This document shows, piece by piece, positions 32,822-46,200 of a stretch of 48,493 nucleotides of DNA. Within the stretch, counting starts at the first letter, position 1. Every line of letters begins with the position of its first letter. The stretch is from Tubiluchus corallicola (lineage: Eukaryota > Animalia > Priapulida). Under the pieces are notes generated by a model that worked only from the letters and a program-made list of their open reading frames with translations, did no database searches and was not told where the DNA came from. The stretch lies in assembly GCA_030141605.1 (NCBI GenBank), contig JAQGDQ010000345.1:204062-252554 (forward strand), given 5' to 3'. The position numbers were made by a program, and so were the translations under genes.

Positions 32822-35233
32822 CAATGATTCCTTCTTGTCTGCCACCTGGTGTTTGTTCCAAATTTGGTCTAAAGACAGAAAGTGGAAAAAGTCGGGACTG
32901 ATTCTGGATTTGAATTACGATTTTTACATTTAGTCCCCTGCTTGTACCAGTAGATGGCTCATCTCCTTGTGTACAAAGCGGGGTTTAATTTACCGCTAAA
33001 CGGCTCCATCATCCTTCCAAGTTTGGTTACTGTATTTTGATACTTGCATCTTCCCTCCATTTTCACAATTTGACGAGGCTAAAGCTCTGGTATGTTTTTA
33101 TTGAACGTTTGGTAGCTATTGATGAAAACAGGACATGTGTTGCTTACTGAATGAATATCTAGGCTGATGCAGCTGGGTGGCGTCATCAGCTCTGCGTAGT
33201 TCTGAATCTCAGCAAGTATTTTATGACCAAGCTTGCCTACTGAACGTTACTGATCAATATCGTGGCCTAGTTTAACCCCACACTTGCTGACTTTTGCCAT
33301 AGCAATGTGATGGCTCATGTTGGGAGCCGAGTGGACCACTGCGCCAAGTAGACCAATTGGTCTACTTGGGCTGCCCAAGTAGGACACTAGAGACAGGTCG
33401 TGAATTCACTCGTTAAGTGTACTGACACCGTCCGTTGTGCTTGTTTATGTAATAATAATAATTAAAAACGTTAATACACGTTGAATAATTTATTATACAT
33501 TTAATAAAATAAAAGAATTTTATTCTGAGCTGGTAGAACGGACAATATTAAATTTGGTTTCGATATTAATGTTGTTGAAGTGAAAAAACCTCACTTTTTT
33601 GCGAATTCAACATTTGTTTAAGGTATATCATTTTTGATTTTGTCTCACTTCACAAACAGGTGATCCGTTTCACTACCTCTTGGGCAAATAATTGTTTTCT
33701 TATAAGTAAACGTTCTAGCGATCTATGTGTCCTACATGGGCTAGCGAGCCATGTAGGACAGTGCCTTACATGTTACAATACTACTGATAATATTAAAACT
33801 AATTATCCTTGCTTTTCTTAAATGTTAAAAATTACTTTTTGGTGTTGTGAAGGCTTAGCAGCATCTGTCTCATTTTTAAATTTGCAATTATTTCTGTAAT
33901 AACTGTGTGCAGAATTTCTCTCTTTAAAGCATTAGATACTAGGTTTAATGTTATGATATATTAATGGAGTTAATCATAATGATGAAATTATTGTAAGAAA
34001 TGCATTTGTAAATTGCCAAGGAATATCCATTTCTAAAAGAAAGTTTGTTTTATGCTTTATTATGTCATAACAATACTTATAAACAATGGTAATATAAACT
34101 GGAAACAAGTTTTGCCAGAGCAAGTTTCTCGACAAAACTCGCTAGTGTCCTACTTGGGCTGCCCATGTAGGACACTACTTTTAGCGCATCAAGTGGTCTA
34201 CTTGGCGCAGTGGTCCAAACGGCTCCCAACAGCTCACTCTTACTTGCAGATACTTATGGGAGGGTGTGTTAGGGGCTGGTGTTACTTTTATTTACAAATA
34301 ATCAGTGGCGGCTCATAGTTAAAATTAGTGGGGGTGCTGCTTCAGGAAATTTTTAGCCATTGTTTTAATATCGTGTAAAACGAAACCAACGTACGCAATT
34401 TTAATTTTGTAATTTGTAGTTGTGATTTTAAACAAACAAATGTACGAAAGTTTATATATAAACTTGATAAATCGTAAACAAAAATTATTTCTTGCTTACT
34501 ATTAGCCTAAATTGTCGCAGTTCAAGCTTGATCCATTCGCGCTACGCACGTGACAACTGACCTGACAACAAACTGTGTGAGCGACAGTACTTTCTCTACC
34601 TGGGGTCAGACATGCACGCATTGCTACATGCCCACAACAGTCGAACACCGCGTTGCTGTGAGCCCCCTTGCTGGGCTGTGAAGCAAACAGTACTTCCCTC
34701 GCATGCTCTGGACCGTACAAGTATAAAGAAACATGTAAAGAAAGAAACCGTTACTTACAAAAAACACATATGGACACGATTCAGTTAGCAAAACAGCAAT
34801 CAACTTATGCAATTCAGCATCCTTAAGTATAAAATCAAAAGATGGATTAACAACATTTAAAACAGAACTAAAAACAATCTCCTAACTCACAAAAGACCCT
34901 TGTATAAAAACGATAAAGTAGAATTCATCAGTAATTGGAGAATATTAAAAAAAACATGTAACGCTTTAGACTCAAAAAATCAACTTACATGGCAAAAAAT
35001 GTATCAAAAACTATCAAGAAGTATTAAAATTCACAATTTCGTAAGTCACCATCATGTCATCATGTAGACAAATTTGTAGATACAGTATTTTAATCTGTTT
35101 ATTTTCATAATTTTTAACTTACACTAACTGACACAATTGCTTACATCAGTCTGTCACTGACTGGTTATACACTGATTTTATGTATAATGTAATTTGTTTT
35201 ACGCTGTACTAGTGTATAATTTTTGCAATAAAA

Positions 35234-35289
<56 letters not shown>

Positions 35290-37170
35290 CTCACTATATT
35301 GAATATTATCGATAATATTGACTGAATTAGGGGGCGCTGTAGTTCCACAGTACCTATACACGAGCCGCCCCTCCATTCTCACCAACTCTTCTTCACATGT
35401 AATCATTGATCATATTGGCACGCAATGTGTTAGCTTATCAATTAAAACATCAATTAATTAAATTTTAATTGAGGTCACCGAAAAGTGATCGTTTGAAAAC
35501 AGTATCATACTATTGACTTCTTATGTAATTAGTAGATTTCATAGTAAAACTACGCTAGTCGTTAGAGAGCTCTCGCATTTGATTCGATTTTGAAGTACTG
35601 ATTAAAAAAATTGATTTTTTATTTTTATTTTTTTTAGAAATGCATCGGTCTAAACCTTGATGCATCCATTTGGGTTGCTAAGATGAAGGTGCTGACCAAC
35701 GTGCCAAAGGTAATCTTTTTAACTAATTAATAATTTAATAATTAAACTAATTAATAATTTAATAATTTAACTAATTAATAATTTAACTAATTAATAATTT
35801 AGCTAATATTAATTAGTTAAGTGATCTCAATTTCCGTATCTTTGACTAAAGATAGAGTGCATCCACAATTGTGAAGATTTCTATATCAAACTTGACAAAA
35901 GTGTGGAAAGTGACGAAAAATAGGAGCTGAGTTCGCATTTGAATGAGAGATCTTGGTTTTAAGCTTTGATTTGAACCCCGGTGTTTTGGATTGTAAATTC
36001 AGTTTCGGTAACATCCCTGCATTCGTGCAAAATTCCGTTGCATCTGATTTTTACGGCATGTCAGTTTGTTTATGCTGTAAGCTATATAAACTAATGAAAG
36101 TCATATAATTGTCGTGCACAAACTTACAGATAACAGTAACTGTAATAAAATGTTACATCTTGTTGTAATTCTCCGGTAAATTAGCATCCGGTTTCCTAGC
36201 AAGGGTTGATTTTTTTTTGGTTTTCAAGTATTTTTTGATAAAATTTTAGCTTGGTATTTTAGGGAATGGAGGAAATGACATTTTGTAAGTGTGGCGACAT
36301 TTTACGGCCAAAGTGTCACTAACGAAATTTTGCAGCAATAGACCTCAGTTTGAGGAGATTTAATTTACATGTGTAAACGTTGCAGTCGTGTGAAGTAAAC
36401 AGTGTTCTGAGGAAAAGTTTGTTTCGTTGTAGGAACTGAAGGACCCGTTAAACTATGGTCTTTATTATCCTGCCTGCAACGGGAAAGCCGGAAAATTCTT
36501 AGAGGAAGAGCGAATGTTTCGCGAATATTGTGCATCCGGTCCTGTGGCTTATTTAGAGGTGATTATTGTTATTATAAGTCTTTTATTTGCACACAAACAC
36601 AAATTATAATACATTATGTACAAGTGCTGCCCTCTATTTGTACGACTTAACGGTTAATACAATCAACCCAGCAGTTAAATATATATGTATAAGTTGATGT
36701 CGCAATTACGTCATAAATTATTTACAATGTCTTTCTCTTTACCTAACATAAATAAAATTATATAATTTTATGTAACAATTTTCTGAGAGAATGTTCTCAC
36801 TTGAAATACCACATACTTTTAGTGTACCATAATGTATAAACATTTAAGTATTATCATTCTATCTATACCATGGAAAAAATACAATTACAAAAATACAAAA
36901 ATCAAAGTGCAAGAACAAATACAAAATACAACAAATGCAATTATGCAATGTTGCAAAAACGTGAGTTTGTATAAATAGCCCATATAATCTGATCTTATAA
37001 AATCATATTTTATGTTATAACTACAGGGAAGTAGTAAAAACACAAAATCTAGATAATTAAAATTGATCACAAACGAGATTAAGTTACACAATCACAGCAC
37101 AATGTTTATTCAGCACTCAGAGTTTACCACCAAGATCTAATTGCCTCCTTTATCACATTAATTTAAGTAA

Positions 37171-37242
<72 letters not shown>

Positions 37243-40200
37243 ACAAATACAATCCGAATGGCTAATGCTTAGATCTAGTTAATTTTACCTTGCACAGTTT
37301 TAAGTTAGAGGTGAAGTGAGTCAAGAAATACACATCTAGCATAACTGAGCAGGAATTGCATCAATTATGGCTTCTGTTATTATTTTCTATGTATCACCGA
37401 GCTTGCTTACTACAATGTACTCAGTACATGAACTCATCTGAATGTACAATAGACAAACTCAACTCAATGTTCAATGTACAGTAGACAAACTCATCTCAAT
37501 GTTCAATGTACAGTACATGAACTCATCTGAATGTACAATAGACGAACTCATCTCAATGTTCAATGTACAGTACATGAACTCATCTGAATGTACAGTAGAC
37601 AACCTCATCTCAATGTTCAATGTACAGCAGACAACCTCATCTCAATGTTCAATGTACAGTACATGAACTCATCTGAATGTACAATAGACAAACTCATCTC
37701 AATGTTCAATGTACAGTACATGAACTCATCTGAATGTACAATAGACGAACTCATCTCAATGTTCAATGTACAGTACATGAACTCATCTGAATGTACAGTA
37801 GACAACCTCATCTCAATGTTCAATGTACATTACATGAAGTCATCTCAATGTACAGTAGACAAACTCATCTCAATGTTCAATGTACAGTACATGAACTCAT
37901 CTCAATGTACAGTAGACAAACTCATCTCAATGTTCAATGTACAGTACATGAACTCATCTGAATGTACAATAGACGAACTCATCTCAATGGTCAATGTACA
38001 GTACATGAACTCATCTGAATGTACAGTAGACAACCTCATCTCAATGTTCAATGTACAGTACATGAACTCATATCAATTTACAATAGACAACCTCATCTCA
38101 ATGTTCAATGTACAGTACATGAACTCATCTGAATGTACAGTAGACAACCTCATCTCAATGCTCAATGTACAGTACATGTACTCATCTCAATGCTCAATGT
38201 ACAGTAGACAACCTCATCTCAATGCTCAATGTACAGTACATGTACTCATCTCAATGCTCAATGTACAGTACATGTACTCATCTCAATGCTCAATGTACAG
38301 TACATGAACTCATCTCAATGTTCAATGTACAGTACATGAACTCATCTCAATGTTCAATGTACAGTACATGAACTCATCTCAATGCTCAATGTACAGTACA
38401 TGAACTCATCTCAATGCTCAATGTACAGTACATGAACTCATCTCAATGTTCAATGTACAGTACATGAACTCATCTCTATGTTCAATGTACAGTACATGAA
38501 TTCATCTTAATTCTTCCTTCTCTTGTTTTAGTTCAAATACAAACGAAGGTTATATAAATCAATAAACCTGGATGAGAAATTACTGCGTCAACTTCACACG
38601 AAGGTAAATCAACATCGCACTGATTACATTGTTATAAAACTTTTCATTTGCATAGCGCAACTTTCCGATATTGACTTTGTTAACAGTGTTAATTTGCTTT
38701 GTTTACGCCGGTCATTGACTTCCGCTGTTAAAGGACAACAAAACACTTCATAAACAAAGGCTTACAGCTTACAGGCTAAAGCCAAGTCTCTCGGGAAGTT
38801 GATCTTGTTCTAATATTTTAGAAAAATGTTTGAAAGTTTCAGCAATGAAATTGTGATAAGCGCCTCGTGTAATTAATAATTTCAATTTAAAATCGCTTGG
38901 GCGCGCTCCTTTTTGTGAAAAATGGCGTCGTCTGGTTTCCGTGCAATATAAACAATTACTCTGCCAAGAGATTCAGTAATCTTTTTTTGACTTTTAGAGC
39001 AAACTCTATAAACTAAGTAACCCACTTAGTACCTACTGTATGCTCACATGTTTACATGTGTATGTGAAAGTCAACAAAAGTCTGTGAATTAATTACATTT
39101 ACGCAATTACTGCATACTACTTACACATTTTACGGTAACCACTTTAACCTTGGTCATAATTGATCAAATGGCTAATTTTTGCATAAATGCAGTTAAATAT
39201 GACGCTAGAATAACTGAACTCCTGCACAGCATTCAAACTGCCCGGCGTACACCAGCTTACGTCATTTTTTTTCAAATATGCCGGCAGCGACGTTTGTTTG
39301 GCGAGAAATCTTTTCCGAATCCAATGGTTGCAATAATATGTCCTGCTAAAGTAGTTAATAAACTGTTTGCAGCTTCTAGAAGTTTACTATTGCAAACTGT
39401 CGTGTTTAGTTTCTCTCGGAAGGCTCGTAGAGAAAACCAGAAAACACTTCAAATTGAACTAGTTTATTAAGCGAGAATTCTACAACACAAAAGTATGAAG
39501 GAACGCGAAATGATTACACTAAACATGAAAATCTGGAAAACGTTTAAGTGTATCTGAGAATGCAAGTATACAAGAGAATGGGTAAGTATATATCCGTACG
39601 AAATCTGTGTGCTCCCCTGTCAGCGGCCTGCTTCGCCTTATATAGGGTGCCCGAGAAGTTTCTAGAAGTTCCTTTCCAGAACATTCTACACCGTAAGACG
39701 ATTATTCTAACGGAACATTCTACAATGTTCTATTTAATTCTAATAGATGCCAGCGATCTCCACAACACAAATTTCGAAACAAAATAGTGAACTCACATAA
39801 ACCAGTGCATCCTTTAAAGAAAAACAGGATGATTTTTCATTTCCTACCCCATCTTGAAGTAAGGCAAAGTGTACATTTTAACACCTATAATAATGCCAAG
39901 GGGTCTCTGATGATTAACTAATAGGTTAAACGCTCAAATTACGGCGAGCGAGCGCAAATAATGATGACATCACAAATTAACATAATTTTCAACAGCACAA
40001 ACATTCCACGAGTGTGTTACTGAACAGTGTATAACAATCAGTGCAATATATAAAACTCTGCAAATTTGTAAGCTTAAACTTTAGATCTCAAGTTTAGCAC
40101 TGTATTCACGAGTGAGCTCTTAAACGTGTGCACTACGTCACAACTGAACCTCTGAACTAACAGGTAGTGCATCCGGTTTTTACGTAACACATTTCCGAGG

Positions 40201-43200
40201 TGCAGGCGCTAGCAACTGTCTAACTAGCGAATGGCGAAATGCACGTAACAAAATTAGCCGCAGGAATGCAAGTTGCATTTCACGAGTCATTCTTGAAAAA
40301 ATAGTGCCTTCCCTTTCAATACTTTATAGGGTAGATTGTTTTGAGCTTAGATCTAATTTAAGATTAGATCCAGTTTTGCTTAAGGTTTTTGCACAGTGGC
40401 AGCTGTTGCATGTAGACCGTTTTAAGTGTTTCTATGCTTCTTCTCGATCAAAACAATTTCTCCTAATTTCACATCTCTGCATACAAACTTTTGAAGAATA
40501 CAGGGCTAGTTTTGCATGATAGCCTCACAGTTTTTCCACTGGATAATGTCACTCGATGAAAATATGCATGTAATGACTTCTTTCAGGCAACTTTGAAGCG
40601 ATTTCTGGAGTACGTAAAATCAAACAACATTGTGAAGGTGGGCAAGCTGGTTGCAAAAGGTTTGGATCCAAATTTTCACGAGCGAGACAGCGGAGGTAAA
40701 CTTTAGTTTTTAAATTTTAAATTTACCTTATCAAGTGTTCATCACCGTTTCATTCCTGAATCATGTGATTTTTTTGTGATTTCGTGAAATCTTTTTGCCA
40801 GTATCATCTCTCATCATTGGTGTTAATACTTGTCATATGTACAGGACGATACATAAACTTTTGCTAGGGGGTTAAAAGAATAACTATTGTTGCATGTTAC
40901 AAAAACACAAATTCTTACATTAAAATGTTTGATGAGACAACAGAGAATCTATCATGTTCTCAAAGTTTAATGTGAAAACTCAGCACGTCTCTCTCAGCCT
41001 GCAATCTCGATGCGTATGCAGAGAGCTGTACTACCTCTAAGACTGATACAAAGTGTCTCTCTCAGCCTGCAATCTCGATGCGTATGCAGAGAGCTGTACT
41101 ACCTCTAAGACTGATACAAAGTGTCTCTCTCAGCCTGCAATCTCGTTGCCTATGCAGAGAGCTGTACTACCTCTAAGACTGATACAAAGTGTCTCCCTCA
41201 ACCTGTAATCTCGATGCATATGCAGAGAACTGTACTACCTCTAAGACTGATACAAAGTGTCTCTCTCAGCCTGCAATCTCAATGCGTATGCAGAGAGCTG
41301 TACTACCTCTAAGACTGATACAAAGTGTCTCTCTCAGCCTGCAATCTCGATGCATATGCAGAGAGCTGTACTACCTCTAAGACTGATACAAAGTGTCTCT
41401 CTCAGCCTGCAATCTCAACACGTATGCAGAGAACTGTACTGCCTCTAAGACTGATACAAAGTGTCTCTCTCAGCCTGCAATCTCAATGCGTATGCAGAGA
41501 GCTGTACTACCTCTAAGACTGATACAAAGTGTCTCTCTCAGCCTGCAATCTCGATGCGTATGCAGAGAGCTGTACTGCCTCTAAGACTGATACAAAGTGT
41601 CTCTCTCAGCCTGCAATCTCAATGCGTATGTAGAGAGCTGTACTGCCTCTAAGACTGATACAAAGTGTCTCTCTCAGCCTGTAATCTCAATGCGTATGCA
41701 GAGAGCTGTACTACCTCTAAGACTGATACAAAGTGTCTCTCTCAGCCTGCAATCTCGATGCGTATGCAGAGAGCTGTACTACCTCTAAGACTGATACAAA
41801 GTGTCTCTCTCAGCCTGCAATCTCGATGCGTATGCAGAGAGCTGTACAACCTCTAAGACTGATACAAAGTGTCTCTCTCAGCCTGCAATCTCGATGCGTA
41901 TGCAGAGAGCTGTACTACCTCTAAGACTGATACAAAGTGTCTCTCTCAGCCTGCAATCTCGATGCGTATGCAGAGAACTGTACAACCTCTAAGACTGATA
42001 CAAAGTGTCTCTCTCAGCCTGCAATCTCAATGCGTATGCAGAGAGCTGTACTACCTCTAAGACTGATACAAAGTGTCTCTCTCAGCCTGCAATCTTGATG
42101 CGTGTGCACAGAGCTGTACATCCTCTAAGACTGATACAAAGTGTCTCTCTCAGCCTGCAATCTCAACACGTATGCAGAGAGCTGTACAACCTCTAAGACT
42201 GATACAAAGTGTCTCTCTCAGCCTGCAATCTCGATGCGTATGCAGAGAGCTGTACTACCTCTAAGACTGATACAAAGTGTCTCTCTCAGCCTGCAATCTC
42301 GATGCGTATGCAGAGAGCTGTACAACCTCTAAGACTGATACAAAGTGTCTCTCTCAGCCTGCAATCTCGATGCGTATGCAGAGAGCTGTACTACCTCTAA
42401 GACTGATGCAAAGCGAACCATAATGTTGTTGTTATTGTTCTTTGTTTTGGAATAGTAAACAAATTGTTTTCTCTACCAAAGTGTTTGGCAAAGTAAACGT
42501 AAACTGTTCTTTTTCAAGACTGCAGTTCTAAAGTCGTTTCTCACAACTTCTGTTTAAACATAATTTAATATAGTGTTGGATTAGAGACAGTTAAAAAACA
42601 TGATTTAGGATTCTCACCACAACTATATACATTATTTACGCAAATATTTACAGTAAGAATTCACTATACCTTCACAAACAAGCTGACAAGTTTTACTACA
42701 ATATTACATTAGACATTAGTAACATTTACAGTAAGAATTTACTATACCTTCACAAACAAGCTGACAAGTTTTACTACAAGGTTTCATTAGATATTAGTAA
42801 CAAATGACAGTTAAAAAATATTAATGTACGAATGTTTAAGACTGACACGTATTTCATATCAGATAGCGTAGTGTATAGCGTACTGTACACTATATCAGAG
42901 ACACTAGTGTAATTAAAACGTTTATAGATATTGTAAAAGAACTAACCCAAAATGATCTTATAGTAAATTGATTATACATTGATTACAAATATTGGATATA
43001 TATTTAGAATAAGTAAATCGTAATGCAAAATTGTCAGCTTGTTTAGTAAGAAATTTATTTAATGCACATAGTGTAAAGACTTATTTAACATTTTTGTACT
43101 TTTGTGCCCCGCAAATAGAGGGCTCATTGTATAATTTTCAATAAAGATTTTTAATAATTAATAATAATTGCTAGAAAGCTAAATACTTCAGCTTGTCTAA

Positions 43201-46200
43201 GTATATTATGTAACTCACCTGTAATTTAATTGCATTATTGATTGCTAGTAATTTGATTGCTGTTTGCACTACGTGATGCTTTAAACATTTTCTTATTACC
43301 AGTTCACCTGCCGGGGTAATTAATTTGTATCATAATCGATGAATTTTCGTCGTCTGTTTGCAGAGATTCCGTTGTCGTTGGCAACGAAACTGGACAAGCC
43401 GCACAAGATGCTGACGACATTAGTCAACGGTGGCGCTCACATAGATTTTCGAACGAGAGACGGTTTTACGGCGCTTCACGTAGCAGCTATTCGGGGTTGT
43501 GCAACGGCTATTGAGGTATTTCTGCAATAAATTGCGCGAAGATGTCGACATTGTTGTTTGTAATTAATAAAATTTTTGTCTTTAAGATTCATCATTTTAA
43601 CGCCGTTATGATGCTGTAATTAAACCTTTAGCCGACCAAGGGGGTTTTTATATTACGATAAAGACGAAACGGGGTAAAAAAATTACCCATGAAAGTTTTG
43701 CTTAACCCTTTCAGTCCCAAATTATTTTTTTAATAAGAAAAAAATTTTTGGCTTGGTACTTTTGTTCAGTGTGTCCATCTTGTTTACACATAATAATAAT
43801 TTTTTTCTACCTGTGCCCGCGTGCTAAATATAGCCTGTATCCCATGGGACACATTGGGATTCAATGGAAGCATAAAATGTGCTTCATTTTGCAACTGCTG
43901 ATAATTTTCTAAAGTATTTAAGACATTTAGTATGCATGCTATGCTGATCTGTACAAAGTCGTTTCTAAAGTACTGTACCTTGCGCAGTTTTTAATGCCAT
44001 GTAGATTTTCTAGTTTGCCACATTCTCGTATCCCACGGGATACAACGGGTATGAAAGGGTTAATGTGTTTTACTAACTGGATAGATTGACCAAATGGTAA
44101 TCGAGGTGCCCCTATTAGTAAAAAACCAAGTTCTACGGCAAGTTGGCATAGATATAAGAGGGTACCAAGGTTAAAAAGAGGATTTCCGCCATTGTACTAT
44201 ATTGTTCATGCTATATTATTTATGCTTTTTTTCAAATCTTGTTGAATTTTTTTCTAATAGGCTAACGGCGTTCACTGTTTAAGTCTAAGACGTCCACTTC
44301 ATCTTCACTTGCTGGGTCTTCTAAAATTTTATCTTCATCAGCTTCAAGCTTAGTCTCCTCTACAGCTAAAGTTCCTTCCATATTATTTGAATGAAGAATG
44401 TCCACGAACTTTGATATGAAATTTTAACAACAGAATTTTTTACGATTCTATGAAGCATTTACTTAAAAATTACTCCATGACATCAAATTAGATGAACCCG
44501 GCAGAGAAACACATAAATGCAGTTTTCAATATACTTTGCTATTTAAAACTTACACAATTATGCTAACAAAAACAACCTTGTTAATATAAATCTTAGACCG
44601 GTGGACTATTTTGTGGTCCCAATTTTAAATAAATAAATAATATGTTCTACTTTCAATGACTAGGTCAGCAATACTGTTCAAAAACTTGTACGAGTTTTAG
44701 AAAATACATTCGTAGCAGCATAGCAGAGAAAAGTGATGCGCTTAACCCTTAGCCGACCAAGGTGGGGTAAAAAATCACCCTGGGAGTGAGTGCTCACATT
44801 TTTTATATTTGATGCACACAACGAAAAATTTTCAAACTTGTAGTGATCTAAAAGTATTATTCATGCATTTTTACAAAGCACGTGTACCAGACACTACCTG
44901 ATGTGGGGGAACTTACTACCTCCTAGGTTTTTTGGTAGGCAAAATTTTTGAATTTACTTGCAGTACTTTCTGGCAGCACCGTGTGTTTACATTTAAAACT
45001 GAGAAGTAATAATAATAATAATAATAGTAATAATAATGATAATAATAATAATAATAATAAATTTGTTACCTGCTTCTTTAATTACAGACACTCTTAGACT
45101 TACGTGCCTCCCCTAATTACAAGGATAGCAAAGAGCTTACTCCGCTGTACTACAACTGTATCCACGGTGCTAATCCGGCCTGCAGTGAACTACTGTTGAA
45201 AGAACGAGCTTACATCGGCGCGAGAGATTCGCAAGGCTTGCAAGAAATACATCTGGTGCGTGCACACGTAACACGTATTTCTGATTTTCCGACTTACAGT
45301 CATAGAGCTTTAGAAGTTTCAGTAAAGTGTTTAGGTGTAGTGGATGTAGTTGTCTGCATTGACACTCTAGCATTATCAGTTGTTTGCATGTGTTGCTGTG
45401 TGTCGTAATTAGTTATGGTATGTCCTCGCTTAACGACTCTCCATTTAGCGACGTTTCGTTTTAACGACGCTGGACATTTCATACCTTTTTCTCCCTTAGT
45501 AACATACGTTTTGCTTTAACGACGTTGAACATTTCATACCTTTTTCTCGCTTAGTAACACACGTTTCGTTTTTACGACGTTGAACATTTCATACCTTTTT
45601 CTCGCTTAGTAACACACGTTTCATTTTAACGACGCTGAACATTTCATACCTTTTTCTCATTTAGTAACGCACTTTTCGTTTTAACGACGCTGAACATTTC
45701 ATACCTTTTTCTCCCTTAGTAACACACGTTTCGCTTTAACGACGCCGAACATTTCATACCTTTTTCTCACTTAGTAACACACGTTTCGTTTTTACGACGC
45801 TGAACATTTCATACCTTCTTCTCACTTAGTAACACACGTTTCGTTTTAACGACGCTGAACATTTCATACCTTTTTCTCCCTTAGTAACACACGTTTCGTT
45901 TTAACGACGCTGAACATTTCATACCTTTTTCTCCCTTAGTAACACACGTTTCATTTTAACGACGCTGAACATTTCATACCTTTTTCTCCCTTAGTAACAC
46001 ACGTTTCATTTTAACGACGTTGAACATTTCATACCTTTTTCTCGCTTAGTAACACACGTTTCGTTTTAACGACGTTGAACATTTCATAGCTTTCTCTCCC
46101 TTACTAACACACGTTTCGTTTTAACGACGCTGAACATTTCATACCTATAGCAACCAGCATGTAGATAAAAATGCACCACGGTTGCCCTAAGGCTTGTCTT

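Noticed and set aside
37442-38371. 239-aa repetitive ORF and its neighbours
   Set aside because: They are translations of the minisatellite inside SHANK intron 3, with no splice or homology support.
38728-39817. Possible second Kolobok-like element (TTAAAGGAC...TCCTTTAA)
   Set aside because: The terminal match is only a few bases. It shares patches with about 19480-19620, but the boundaries cannot be supported.
40987-42412. CRISPR-like array or tandem 63-aa ORFs
   Set aside because: There are no unique spacers and no cas genes, and the array lies in a eukaryotic intron. The ORFs are GTG-started artefacts of a 68-bp period.
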